A stretch of 64,000 nt of DNA from Eledone cirrhosa (GCA_964016885.1 OZ024760.1:15562001-15626000); one strand, 5' to 3'. Numbered from the stretch's first letter, positions 13,385 to 28,003 are shown. Made by a program: numbers and translations. Notes: a model not told the origin generated them from the sequence alone.

Positions 13385-15520
13385 GGTGCATGGCTTAGTA
13401 ATTAGAGCATTGGGCTTGCAAACAGAAGGTTGTGAATTCGATTCTCGGACTGGATGATGAATTGTGTCCTTGAGCAAGACACTTTATTTCACGTTGCTGT
13501 AGAAATGTGGTCTGACATCACTGGTGTGAAGCTGTATCGGCCATTGACTTTCCCTTGAACAACCGCATATATATATAATGTACATATACTGTATATAGTC
13601 TATATATAATGTACAGAGTGTATATATAATGTAAATAGTGTATATATAATGTACATAGTGTATATATAATGTAAATAGTGTATATATAATGTAAATAGTG
13701 TATATATAATGTAAATAGTGTATATATAATGTACATAGTGTATATATAATGTAAATAGTATATATATAATGTAAATAGTGTATATATAATGTAAATAGTG
13801 TATATATAATGTAAATAGTGTATATATAATGTACATAGTCTATATATAATGTACATAGTGTATATATAATGTACATAGTGTATATATAATGTAAATAGTG
13901 TATATATAATGTAAATAGTGTATATATAATGTACATAGTGTATATATAATGTAAATAGTGTATATATAATGTAAATAGTGTATATATAATGTACATAGTG
14001 TATATATAATGTAAATAGTGTATATATAATGTAAATAGTGTATATATAATGTACAGAGTGTATATATAATGTACATAGTGTATATATAATGTAAATAGTG
14101 TATATATAATGTACATAGTGTATATATAATGTACATAGTGTATATATAATGTAAATAGTGTATATATAATGTACAGAGTGTATATATAATGTACATAGTG
14201 TATATATAATGTAAATAGTGTATATATAATGTAAATAGTGTATATATAATGTACATAGTGTATATATAATGTACATAGTGTATATATAATGTAAATAGTG
14301 TATATATAATGTACATAGTGTATATATAATGTACATAGTGTATATATAATGTAAATAGTGTATATATAATGTAAATAGTGTATATATAATGTAAATAGTG
14401 TATATATAATGTACATAGTGTATATATAATGTAAATAGTGTATATATAATGTAAATAGTGTATATATAATGTACATAGTGTATATATAATGTACATAGTG
14501 TATATATAATGTACATAGTGTATATATAATGTACATAGTGTATATATAATGTACAGAGTGTATATATATAATGTAAATAGTGTATATATAATGTACATAG
14601 TGTATATATAATGTACATAGTGTATATATAATGTAAATAGTGTATATATAATGTACATAGTGTATATATAATGTAAATAGTGTATATATAATGTAAATAG
14701 TGTATATATAATGTACATAGTGTATATATAATGTACATAGTGTATATATAATGTACATAGTGTATATATAATGTACATAGTGTATATATAATGTACATAG
14801 TGTATATATAATGTACAGAGTGTATATATATAATGTAAATAGTGTATATATAATGTACATAGTGTATATATAATGTACATAGTGTATATATAATGTACAT
14901 AGTGTATATATAATGTACATAGTGTATATATAATGTACATAGTGTATATATAATGTAAATAGTGTATATATAATGTACATAGTGTATATATAATGTAAAT
15001 AGTGTATATATAATGTACATAGTGTATATATAATGTACATAGTGTATATATAATGTACATAGTGTATATATAATGTACATAGTGTATATATAATGTACAG
15101 AGTGTATATATAATGTAAATAGTGTATATATAATGTACATAGTGTATATATAATGTACATAGTGTATATATAATGTAAATAGTGTATATATAATGTACAG
15201 AGTGTATATATAATGTAAATAGTGTATATATAATGTATGTAGTGTATATATACTGTACATCGTGTATATATAATGTACATAGTGTATATATAATATATAC
15301 TGTACATCGTGAATATAATGTATACATCAGTTGCGAAGTCACTGGTGTCAAGCTGTATCAGCCATTGCCTTTCTCTTGGACAACATCTGTGGTGTCGGGG
15401 GGGGGGGGGGGGGGGGGGGAGTGGTATTCATGGGTGACTGCTGGTCTTCCACAAACAACCTTGCCTGGACTTGCACCTTGGAGGGGAACTTTCTAGGTAC
15501 AAATCCCATGGTCATTTGTC
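13385..15520 (+). mobile_element. tRNA-derived SINE split by a 1.75-kb minisatellite; its tail family also occurs at 495-640 (-)
   Basis: Head at 13385-13564, remainder at 15339-15520; ~47-bp internal segment present on both sides of the array. Confidence 0.7.
13570..15320. repeat. 20-bp minisatellite GTATATATAATGTA(C/A)ATAGT, about 87 copies
   Basis: Direct inspection. Confidence 0.95.
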
Positions 15521-16089
15521 TCTTCCAGCACATCTCCCTTCTCCATCCTGTCCACCGGGGTTGTGTGGAGGCCACCAACACGTGGAACCCCAGAGTTATA
15601 AACTATTGTAAATAAATATTTATCTCACGAAAAAAAAAAAAAAAAAAAAACATTCCCTCATGTAATTAAAGGTTCATGCCTGAGCCCGCTTTTGACTGGA
15701 ATTGAAGACATACTTTGAAATAACAAGACTAAGTTAAAAGCGTTTTGTTGCTGAGGTTTTATTTGAAATTGCATCAGGTATGACAGTATAATAAGATTAA
15801 AAACATCCAAATGGGAAACACCTAGTTTCATGTATTTATGGTCACGTAACTCCTGATAGTCGTAGGCGAGCCGTATTGACATACAGGGTTTCTTGGGTAT
15901 TTTTAAGCCTGGCAGAGCCCTTCCCTCTCCAGGTATGAGTACAGCAGAGTTTTAGTCGTATATATTGGGTCATCAAGTATGAAATTGGTAGAAATTTGTT
16001 TTGTTTATTGCAAATTTCTACAAATTTCATACTTGACAACCCAATAGATAGATATATAGATAGGTATCTATATAGATAGATATATAGGT

Positions 16090-16582
16090 ATATTTCTTCA
16101 TTTGCCACAAGGGCGCACAAGAAATGGGACAATACAAGGACATATGGCAGGGATTTTACATACAATCATGTAAAAAGAGTAAAATTATAACATTTAAAAA
16201 AATTTAACAATTGAAATCCCTATTAGGGGAGACATTACAAATGGGTTGTTTTATACCCCATAGATAGAACAACCCTCAACTCCAGGAGCATGTTTTGCAA
16301 GTGTTCCCTTCCTCTCTTCCCTCTCTCCTTCAACCTATAGGTTTATATACAAAGAAGGCCCAATCACTCAGGCCATTCTCACCACATTCACCCACCTTTC
16401 AGTAAATTTACTGGGGTGCAGTACCTCTCTCTCCACTCTAATTCTCCTTCTGAAGTGGTATCTAAAGATGGGACTGAGCTGTTTTCCGGAGAGAAAGGCA
16501 TCTGTCCTCAGTCCTCTCAATCTGGTCCACCATATTACCTCTTTCGCCATAGACACCATATAGAGGAAAACCGCCTCACCTT
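16090..16582 (-). mobile_element. L1/Tx1-type LINE 3' fragment (related fragment at 18645-19065)
   Basis: MAKEVIWWTR...FRRRIRVEREVL...FTERWVNV; homologous 3' UTRs. Confidence 0.65.
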
Positions 16583-17162
16583 CATTTTTTAATGAAGGTG
16601 GTGGTTTGATCCTTACTATGGACTCGGCAGTCAACTGGATAGATATATAGATATATAGTCCCACCCTTGCAAGCAGGGAAAAGTGGATGTAAAATGATGA
16701 TAGATATATAGATTTCAAATGAATACAAGTCTTTATCTACATTTTTTTGTACATTCTTTGTCATATATTATTTCATGCTTGTTATTGTTGTTGTTTTAGT
16801 CAACTGTTGTTTGTGTTTGTCAATATGACATAACAATGATGCCTGTGTGTACGCAGGGCCAGTGCCAGACTATCTGGCACCCTAGGCAAGGTTAAATACT
16901 GTCCTGTTCCCAGGAAATCACGGGGTCGATAAAATAAAGTACCAGTAATACACTGGGATAATTGCTGGCCTTGGAATACATAGGCTGTGTCTTTCAATTG
17001 AAAATATAAGAATATATTAGTTTAATGCTTGAAAAAAAAAAAAATATATATATATATATAGGAAAAAGTATGACCCCGACGGCAGAGCTCAAGCCGTTTC
17101 GACGGCTATTTGAGTACTCTGGTGTGTTATGGTCCATTTGGTTCCTTACCACAATTCCTTTG

Positions 17163-17224
<62 letters not shown>

Positions 17225-17562
17225 TTTATTTCATTTCATTTTATTTTACGTCTGCTTTTTCCCTGCTTGCAAGGGTGGGACGGGAACTGATTCTGGCTTG
17301 ATTTCTACAGCTGGATGCCCTTCCTAACACCAACCTCATTTACAGTGAGTGCTGGGTGCTTTTTTGCCGTGGCACCTCCACGACCACTTTACAGTGGAAT
17401 GATAGGGACACCAGTCCCTATCATCTCATTTCTACAGCTGAGTAAACTGGAGCAATGTGAAATAAAGTGTCTTGCTCAAGGAAACAACACATCACCCGGT
17501 CTGAGAATTGAACTCACAACCTTTCTATTGCAAGCCCAATGCTCTAACTACTAAGCCATGTG

Positions 17563-17604
<42 letters not shown>

Positions 17605-17723
17605 AATATAACAGCACTATAAGGTTTCTCTTATGATTCCACCTGTGTACATATTCTTCTATAGAATGTATTTGGTGTATATACAATATATACTGTGTTT
17701 CTTATACAATATATGGCTCTTTA

Positions 17724-17754
<31 letters not shown>

Positions 17755-17991
17755 CTTCTTTAGGTTTGTTGGTTCACCAATGGATAGAATTGGTCATTCC
17801 GTATGGTCATGGTAATATTGTGGAGAGTACTCAACGTAGTGCAGTTCACCCGTCTTCGTTTGTGTAGTTGGTGGTGCGAATACGGAGTTAATTATAAATA
17901 AAATAACAGGATTTATATGGAACCCGGTCATTGAAATGATCATAGTATAATAAACCTTTCAAGGATTTACACCAGTCCAGCCTCCTGTTAT

Positions 17992-18224
<233 letters not shown>

Positions 18225-18276
18225 CTTTTGTATTTCTTTTGCAAGATTTCTTATCTGAAAACTAATAATAATAATA

Positions 18277-18637
18277 ATTGTTTCTACATTTGGCACAAGG
18301 CCAGCAATTACCCCAGTGTATTACTGGTACTTTATTTTATCGACCCCGTAAGGATGAAAGGCAAAGTTAACCTCGGCGGGATTTGAACTCAGAATGGCAA
18401 GGGCCGTAACTCTATGCGTCAAAGCATGGCGTCCGACCCTCTACCGATACTGCCAATTCACCAATAATAATTGTTTCTACTTTAGGCACAAGGCCAGCAA
18501 TTACCCAGTGCATTACTGGTACTTTATTTTATCGACCCTGTAAGGATGAAAGGCAAAGTCAACCTCGGCGGGATTTGAACTCAGATCGTAAAGGGACGTA
18601 ACTATGCTGGAAAGCATGGCGTCCGACTCTCTACCGA
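18277..18637 (-). mobile_element. tRNA-derived SINE family B, tandem pair (also 20483-20672, 24235-24335, 27105-27430, 28170-28325, 29820-29940, 30070-30320, 45812-45880, 54710-54776, 56775-56875)
   Basis: GAGTTCAAATCCCGCCGAGGTTAACTTTGCCTTTCATCCTTACGGGGTCGATAAAATAAAGTACCAG conserved core (Nin/Deu-domain-like). Confidence 0.9.
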
Positions 18638-19167
18638 ATGATTTCATTTATTAGCCACAAGGCCGACATGTAGGGGACAATACAAAGACAGGGACAGTGG
18701 GGGGGGGGGGTTACAATAAGGTCGAGTAAAAGTGTACAATGGCAAGACTAATTTAACAATGAAGATATAAAAAATATAAAATAAACTATGCATAAATATA
18801 ACAAAATAAATTCCCCGATAGGAGGTGGACAACCCTGGGGTGACTCGGGTACCCCACCAATCCTGAACCACCCTGCGCTTCTAGGGCACCAGGGGAGAGC
18901 ACCCCTCTCCTCAAGTTAACTAGCCTATAGGCGCATGGTCAGAGTAGGCCCATTCACACGAGCCATTCTCGCCACATTCATCCACCTTTTAGCAAATGTA
19001 GTGGGGTGGGGGGCAGCACTTCTCTCTCCACCCTCACCTTCCTATCCAGGTGAAACTTGTAGAAGTTGACTACTATGAGCAACAACAGCAATAATACTAC
19101 CATCACTATTACTCCTGTTACTACTATCACTGCTTCTACCACTACAATTACTACTAACACTATTACT

Positions 19168-19437
19168 ACTATTGCTGCTATTACGACCACCACCACAACT
19201 ACTATTGCTGCTATTACGACCACCACCACAACTACTATTGCTGCTATTACGACCACCACCACAACTACTATTGCTGCTATTACGACCACCACCACAACTA
19301 CTATTGCTGCTATTACGACCACCACCACAACTACTATTGCTGCTATTACGACCACCACCACAACTACTATTGCTGCTATTACGACCACCACCACAACTAC
19401 TATTGCCGCTATTACGACCACCACCACAACTACTATA
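19168..19437. repeat. 30-bp minisatellite, about 9 copies
   Basis: ACTATTGCTGCTATTACGACCACCACCACAACT-type unit. Confidence 0.9.
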
Positions 19438-20324
19438 GTGTGTCTGTTAAAACATAAATCAGTCATGTGTATAGGAATGTCATAGAAACAGCAAACTGGT
19501 TGACTGAGAGAATAATTTAGTAGCTGTATACACAAGGTGGTGAGCTGGCAGAATGTTAGAACATTGAATAAAATGCTTCACAGTATTCATCCGACCCCAT
19601 TGTGCATTCTCAGTTAAAATTCCACCAAGGTCAACTTTGCGATTAAAAAAGGAAGTACCAGTGCAGTACTGAGGTCGGTTCTCCTTCTATAGAAAGAAAT
19701 TAGCTGTGTTCAGACCTGGAGAGGGTTGCGCTCCACCAGGTTTAAATGTCCCCTAGACACACCGTATGACGGTGCCTCTATGACCCCACAAGGGGTTATG
19801 GGATCTTTATCCTTTTATCATATATAAATATATTATCATCATCATCATGATTTTACGTCCGCTTTTTCCCTGCTTGCAAGGGTGGGACGGGAACTGATTC
19901 TGGCTTGATTTCTACAGCTGGATGCCCTTCTTAACACCAAGCTCATTTACAGTGAGTGCTGGGTGTTTTTTTGCCGTGGCACCTCCACGGAAAAAAGCAC
20001 CAAGGTTGTGAGTTCAATTCTCAGACCGGGTGATGTGTTGTTTCCTTGAGCAAGACACTTTATTTCACATTGCTCCAGTTTACTCAGCTGTAGAAATGAG
20101 ATGATAGGGACTAGGGTCCCTATCATTCCACTGCAAAGTGGTCGTGGAGGTGCCACGGCAAAAAAGCACCCAGCACTCACTGTAAATGAGGTTGGTGTTA
20201 GGAAGGGCACCCAGCTGTAGAAATCAAGCCAGAATCAGTTCCCGTCCCACCCTTGCAAGCAGGGAAAAGGCTGACGTAAAATGAAAAAAAAAAAAATATA
20301 TATATATATATATGTATATATATG

Positions 20325-20378
<54 letters not shown>

Positions 20379-20679
20379 TATATGTTACACTTGACTGAGT
20401 TTGTAGCTTAGTTCTGACTGGTGGAGCTTGTCAATTTTGTTGTCATTGTTGTTGATTTGTATTTTGTGAGGTTTGTATGCTTTAAAATAAAGTACCAGTA
20501 ATGCACTGGGAAATTGTGGCCTTGTGCCTAAAGTAGAAACAACTATTATATAAAGGAATTTGGGGGGTTGGCAGTATCGGTAGAGAGTCAGACAAAATGC
20601 TTTGCAGCATAGAGTTATGGCACTTTACGTTCCGAGTTCAAATCCTGCCGAGGTTGACTTCGCCTTTCATCCTAACGGA

Positions 20680-21285
20680 ACAATAACAACTACAACTACA
20701 ACAGCAATAACAACAACAACAACAATAACAACTACAACAACAATAACAACCGCAACAACAATAATAACAACAACAATAACAACTACAACAACAATAACAA
20801 CAATCACAACAGCAATAACAACTACAACAATAACAACTACAACAGCAATAACAACTACAACAACAATAACAACCACAACAACAACAATAACAACTACAAC
20901 AACAATAACAACAATCACAACAACAATAACAACTACAACAGCAATAACAACTACAACAACAACAACAATAACAACTACAACAACAACAACAACCACAACA
21001 ACAATAACAACAACAATAACAACTACAACAACAATAACAACCACAACAACAATAACAACTACAACAACAATAACAACCACAACAACAATAACAACTACAA
21101 CAACAATGTCAACCACAACAACAATGTCAACCACAACAACAATAACAACAACAATAACAACTACAACAACAATAACAACCACAACAACAATAACAACTAC
21201 AACAACAATGTCAACCACAACAACAATAACAACTACAACAACAATGTCAACCACAACAACAATGTCAACCACAACAACAATGACA
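20680..21285. repeat. (ACA/ATA/ACT)n trinucleotide-type repeat
   Basis: Direct inspection. Confidence 0.9.
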
Positions 21286-21666
21286 TTATACACGCAATAT
21301 CAGGTGAGGTTGCATTTTTACCTGTAAAAGATAATGGAAAAACTATTTGACACGTAGGAAGTTAGTGTTCGGTTAAATGGACGAATGAGTAATGGTTTTA
21401 TATATTCATTTAATTTATTAATTTATTATTTGTGTGACCCAGATTTTCCTGGTCGTTTTTTCGGCTGTGCGAATGATTTTAAGCATTATCTCTATGTGTT
21501 GGTATTTTAACGATAGTTATAGCTCTGGTTTACCCAAACTATTGAGCCCTCTGCCACACATTTCGAAGATTGTGTTTCGTGATTTCGTGGGCTGAGATTT
21601 CGATTCTCGATTATTTATTTGTATATATATATATATAGGAAGAATGGCTGACGCTAGATATGTATG

Positions 21667-21705
<39 letters not shown>

Positions 21706-21778
21706 ATATATAGGGAAATTACTGTTCGGTTGAAATTTGTATGCAGCTATAATGCAACAGAAGTTCACATATGTGTGT

Positions 21779-21841
<63 letters not shown>

Positions 21842-21978
21842 GGATTTTAATGGATACAGTTTAGTTAAAAGGAATTTATTGACACGTGTTTCTATAACAG
21901 TTACATAACCTGAGCAAACTCTACGTGAGCTGTCCATCTACTGTGTGTAATATTTATATTACAACACTACGGAAAATA

Positions 21979-22039
<61 letters not shown>

Positions 22040-22103
22040 ACACACATATATGTAGCAAAAGAATGAAGAATAACATGGTCAGCTGTACAATAGGGTTTAT
22101 TTA

Positions 22104-22216
22104 CAGTATTAACAATTGTTTCTTTAACCCGGGGTGTCTAAATGTCGCTGATCACTAGAAGCAACTTCACTCGACCTTAAGTACAGTCGATACCCAACCA
22201 AATTGTCAGAATACTG
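22104..22216 (-). ncRNA. Hammerhead motif with an 80-nt branched stem II; core CUGACAA
   Basis: Stem I CAGUAUU/AAUACUG; GAAA-CAAUUG-UU; AAUAAA just downstream. Confidence 0.6.
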
Positions 22217-23361
22217 ATATTACCCCTAGAACCGCCTGCCTAGGAACTTTCTTAAATAAGCCACCCGACCAAGGAAACTTCTTGTTGAGTCAAACAACGG
22301 CGTACATTAAAACTATCCTCGACACGGAGTACTCATAACCTCTAGCTGGATTACTTTAAATGATACATATATAGATGGTGGATGGGTGATATACGAGAAT
22401 GCTGAGGATGGCTCTGAACATTAATCAGTATACACTGAGGATGAAGAACTCAGAGCTGTATGGGAGCCTCCCAAAAGTCAGCTCGAGAGTAGCACAGAGG
22501 AGACTGATGTTAGCTGGACATGCTCACCGACATCCAGAGTTGACACTGCACTCAGTGCTCCTGTGGGAGCCCCTGCATGGACACACTGGAAGAAGGAGAC
22601 CGAGGTTAACATATGTTGATGACCTAAGGACAGACACTGGTCTGTTGGAGACGCAGGACATGGCAGCAATGATGAGGGACAAAGACCGCTGGAGAGAACT
22701 CGTCCATGGATCTTGGGAATTTTACCCGCTCTAGATATATATATATAATTAAAATAGAAATAGAAGTGCTGCAGTCACATTGATTACATAATATTGTCTA
22801 ATAATGGGGAGTATAAAACCACGAATCGGGAAAAGATAGGTATCAGGACATGTGCTAATAATATATACTATAGATATATAATATTATGTATAAAATAACA
22901 ATTTCATTTACAATTTGCGTGTTGGTAGGTCTCTCTAGAAATAAGGTTGGGGTGGCGGGCGTTGAGTGTAGTGTGTGACTGCAAGGGTCCAGTGTGGAGC
23001 TTAGCGCCCACGTTGAGAACCTCTGATCTAAATCATATGCACTGAATGTCTCGGAGATAAAGTCCAATGTAATTCACAGAAACCTGTTGAGAGAGATAGA
23101 AAATATTTCACATGAGATAAATCATTTAGATCGTAAAATTGATAAATGAATATACCATTGAAAAGAGGACAAAAACTTAGTTGAGAGAGACGCATGTATA
23201 GATTGTGATTAAAAGAAAACTATTCAGGAAACTGAAAGATAAAGAGAATTCGCACTCATAACATGAAGTTACATTAGTAAGACATTCTTGAAAAATGACA
23301 AATTAACATTATGACTGTATCACATTAATCCTTTAGCATTTACATTACTCTATATTTTACT

Positions 23362-23392
23362 TCTAGCTGAGGTACCCGGCTTCATCCGGGGG
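23362..23392 (-). mobile_element. Helitron-like 3' end (also 27569-27596 -, 39208-39308 +, 53170-53266 -)
   Basis: CCCGGATGAAGCCGGG hairpin followed by TACCTCAGCTAG. Confidence 0.6.
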
Positions 23393-23469
23393 AATAATTA
23401 AGAGAAGATGGGTAAAAGAGAAAACAACTGTATTGGATGTATTGTTTGATATGAGGTGAGACTGTAATG

Positions 23470-23890
23470 TGTGTGTGTGACAGCATTCACCCTGGGTCGG
23501 TTGAGCCGGCTCCGTCCAATGAATTTACCGTATCCCGAATGAAGGCCGACCAAGCACGACGGTCCGACGCTATCGAAGATATGAGTGTCAACCATTCACG
23601 GTTCCATCGTCGAACCCCACACGGGTGTGGGCCTAAGATCATCTCAGCGTCTTGCCTCACTGTCCTAAGCCACGTTTTCAGTTGGCCTCCACGACGTTTC
23701 CTGCATCCCAACGGAGGAGATGGATCAATGGCTTCGCGGATGAAGTCACCCGTTTGTCGACGGAGAGCCTGACCAAGCCATCGAAGACGCCTCGTGAGAA
23801 GAGCCTGCTGGAGGGAGGAGACTATGCAGCGTGTGCGGATTGCAGAATTCGAGATGAATTGTTGCCAGCGAACACGAAGGATACATCGTA
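23470..23890 (-). mobile_element. RTE-type LINE 3' fragment, different family
   Basis: RKRRGGQLKTWLRTVRQD...IASDRRAWSAFIRD. Confidence 0.75.
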
Positions 23891-24487
23891 AACAGTGAGT
23901 GTGTGTGAGAGAGACATAAACAAAACAATCATAAAATTCCTTATTAGGCTGGGGGAGTAAACTGCCGATTAAATGGTAGCATTGGCCTTGGATTTAAAAT
24001 CTGAAATAACCATAGTCAGTATGATCTTTTTCAACTCCAAAGGACGTTATCTGAAACAGAAATATACCGCATAACATTGCTTCTGAAGTGTTGCTTCGTT
24101 AGTACGGACTGTAAGTAGTATATGGATAAAAGCTGGAGAGTAAACTAATTTCAAATAGTATCGATCTTTCTTTGTTCTGTAAAATCAAAGACTGTAAAAC
24201 GACTTTATAAAAGCTAAGGATATAAAAGAAATGGGTTCAAATCTCGTCGAGGTTAACTTTGCCTTTCATCCTAACGGGGGTCGATAAAATAAAGTACCAG
24301 TAATTCACTGGGATAATTGCTGGCCTTGTGCCTATATAATAAACCTTCCTATAGATCAAAGGATCTATAGTTTACGCCGTTTCTAGACTTTCGTGGGACA
24401 TTACTCTCTCAATATCTAACACTTTAATTGTATCTCTCTCTGTATAACGGTCATCTCTCTCTTTCTGTCTCTCCCGTTCTCTAGAGC

Positions 24488-24533
<46 letters not shown>

Positions 24534-24581
24534 ATACATGGCCTCGGCCGGATGGCTGGAACAGGTAAAAGAGTATACATG

Positions 24582-24615
<34 letters not shown>

Positions 24616-25332
24616 AATATCTATGTATGTATGTATGTGTGTGTTTATATGTATGTATGTGTGTGTATGTATGTATGTATGTATATGTATATACATACAT
24701 ATACACACATGGAAATCTCATATTCCACGTAGTCACCGACTTTTATTCGTTTAACCACGCCTCTTTTGATTGTTTAACCACGCCTCTTTTCTATGACCAC
24801 ACCCACTGTGTTTTTTTTTTTTACTTTTTCATTCAAATACAACCCTTTTATTCGTTTAGCCACGCCTCATTTCGTTCGTTCCATCTCCTCTCATTCATTC
24901 AATCACGCCCCCCTTTTTTGTTGTCTCCGCCTCCCATTCCTCCTCCCCTCATTTGTTACCACACCCACCTTTCTAGGGGTGGGGTTTACCATTAGACCAA
25001 CATGGCAGCTACCTACAGCTCAGATCCCAGAGGAGCGCATTGCTGAATCCTAATCGATCAAAGTTTTATACAAATTTGCATAATTAAATTAAATATAGTA
25101 TTACCTGTGGTCAATAAATTGGTTGCTGAACATCCCTGCCGTGTAGCAGTGTTGTGATCTAAGACATGATTTGGCATGGGTGAGTATGAACCGAGTAGTG
25201 GGAAATGCAGGCTTAGTAATTTTCTAAGTGTGGTCTGAACACAAAGTATCAAAAACTAGGTTTGACCAGCTTACTAAACTGTAAATTATATTTATTCAGG
25301 AAAATAGGGCACATAACTGGATAGAAGGGATA

Positions 25333-25612
25333 ATAGCTGGGACACATTGAGGCAAGGGCTTTGTTTCAGGGGGGGGGGGTACCAGGGGACATGTCCCCCT
25401 TACTTTTTTTTTATTTGATATAAATTCTTTTTAAGCTTATTTTTTTTATATCCGAACTTCATTTGAATATTTAAAATTTAATTAGTGTAAAATGTTCCTA
25501 TGTGATAGGGTCCGGGAAAGGGACCATAAACAATACTAACAGGCTCCTTGCAGAACCAACAAATATTGGTTTGTCCCCCCCCTCACATTTTTAAGGCAAA
25601 CGAGGCCCCTGC
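25333..25612. mobile_element. MITE with GC-rich TIRs
   Basis: CAAGGGCTTTGTTT...AAACGAGGCCCCTG; subterminal GGGGACA/TGTCCCC. Confidence 0.5.
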
Positions 25613-26400
25613 ATGGAAGTGTCACATAGCTGGGACACATGGAGGTGTCATATAACTGGGAGAATGGGACACATGGAGGTGTCACATAACTGGGAAAATG
25701 GGACACATGGATGTGTCACATAACTGGGACACATGGAGGTGTCACATGGCTGGAAGACATGGAGGGTGTCACATGGCTGGGACACATGGAGGGTGTCACA
25801 TAGCTGGGACACATGGAGGGTGTCACATAGCTGGGACACATGGAGGGTGTCACATAGCTGGAAGACATGGGGGTGTCACATGGCTGGGACACATGGAGGG
25901 TGTCACATAGCTGGGACACATGGAGGGTGTCACATAGCTGGGACACATGGAGGTGTCACATGGCTGGAAGACATGGGGGTGTCACATGGCTGGCAAACAT
26001 GGAGCGTGTCACATAGCTGGGAGAATGGGACACGTGGAGGTGTCACATAACTGGGAGAATGGGGCGCATAGCTAGGACATATGGAGGTGTCACATGGCTG
26101 GAAGACATGGAGGTGTCACATGGCTTGGAGAATAGGTACATAGCTGAGAGAAGACTTACATAACTGGATGGTGGGGTTGCATAGCTGGGAGAATGGGGAC
26201 GCCTAACTGGATGGAAACTCGCATAGCTGGGGTGATGGGTCGCATAGCTGGGGTGAGGGGTCGCGTAACTGAGAGAATGGGGCACATAACTGGGAGAATG
26301 GGGGGCATAGCTGGGAGAATGGGGCGCATAGCTGGGATGAGCTGTCACATAGCTGGGGTGAGTGGCTGCGTAACAGGGTGAAAGGCGTCGCATAGCTGTG
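25612..26400. repeat. About 27-28-bp minisatellite GTGTCACATAGCTGGGACACATGGAGG decaying into ~21-bp units
   Basis: Direct inspection. Confidence 0.85.
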
Positions 26401-27782
26401 AGAAGTGCGGGGGTGGACACACATTTTAGAGTTAGTCTAATGCACCGAAAAACCTTTATATTCGTTGGGCCCATCCTCTGCCCATCCTTGTTTCATTCGT
26501 TCTGCTCTGAATAGATAATTAAGAATTGACACTGAGTTATGACAACGATCTCTATGTTGTATTTATCTAGTTGTGGGTCTTACAACCTGGGCGATTTCAG
26601 CTGTTGGGTGGGCGATTTCAGCTGTTGAGTGGGCGATTTCAGCTGTTGGGTGGGCGATGAGTAACCAAACACTGCTTGATTGGAAATGTTGGATGACCGT
26701 AACCGCAACACAACCAACTATCCACACCACAACAAACTACACTACACTACACTACACTACACTACACTACACTACACTACACTACACTACACCACAACAA
26801 ACCACAACAAACCACACTACACCACACTACACTACACAACACTACAAGAATAAGACGGGGAATGGGGTGGTGGTGGTTTTGTTGTTGTTGTTGATTGGGG
26901 TGGTGGTGTTGTTGTTGCTATTCTTGTTGTTGTAGGTTATGGTGGAGGAGGTTGTGGTGGTGGTGGTGGTGGTGGTTGTCATTTTTGGGGTGGTGTTGGT
27001 TGAGGTAGTGGAGGTCGTGTTGATTGTGATGTTGTTATTGGTGGTGGTGGTGGTGGTGGTAGATCGTCGTCATGTTTGTAGTGTTGGTGATGGTGGTGGT
27101 GTTGTTCTGAGTTCAAATCCCGCTGAGGTTAGCTTTGCCTTTCATCCTTACGGGGTCGATAAATAAAGCACCAGTAATGTACTGGGGTCGATTTATTCGC
27201 CCCCTCCCCTCCCACACACACACACAAATTATTGGCGTTGTGCCTAAATCAGAGGCAGTATCGGTAGAGGGTCGGACGCCATGCTTTCCAGCATAGTTAC
27301 GTCCCTTTACGATATGAGTTCAAATCCCGCCGAGGTTGACTTTGCCTTTCATCCTTACGGGGTCGATAAAATAAAGTACCAGTAATGCACTGGGTAATTG
27401 CTGGCCTTGTGCCTAAAGTAGAAACAATTATATTTTATAACAACGTTATCTCTGATCGAGACGAAGCGATTGTGTATTTGAAATACATAAAAATAAAATG
27501 AGAAAACTCATCGCCAGACCAGCGGCTGTTCTGGCGATGAGTTTTCTCATTTTATTTTTATTATGTATTAGCTGAGGTACCCGGCGTTGCTAGGGTTTAA
27601 GTAATACAATTGTTTGTGCAGAAATAACACTTGATGAAGCTCTCGGTTGAATTAAGTCTTATAGGAAAACACGGTCATCGTCGGGGATGTCCACACCACG
27701 GCCAACTGGTTAATGCGACCCGCAGAGGCCCAGAATTAGCCGTCGAAACGGCTTGAGCTTAGCCGTCGGGGTCCTACTCGTT

Positions 27783-27827
<45 letters not shown>

Positions 27828-27832
27828 AGTTA

Positions 27833-28003
27833 TTCCGGGTTGAATCGGAGGTAACCACAGTAAGTAAGGTACTCAATACATAGCGGAGTATAAAAGTTTT
27901 TATATATATGAGATTCTACAGGACTAGAACTGTTTCATTCTTGAGAAATCATCAGGAATCTCTGATGATTTCTCAAGAATGAAACAGTTCTAGTCCTGTA
28001 GAA

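Noticed and set aside
19066-21327. Thr-rich plus-strand ORFs as additional mucin exons
   Set aside because: Opposite strand to the mucin gene, simple trinucleotide-derived repeats abutting TE fragments, no convincing acceptor sites
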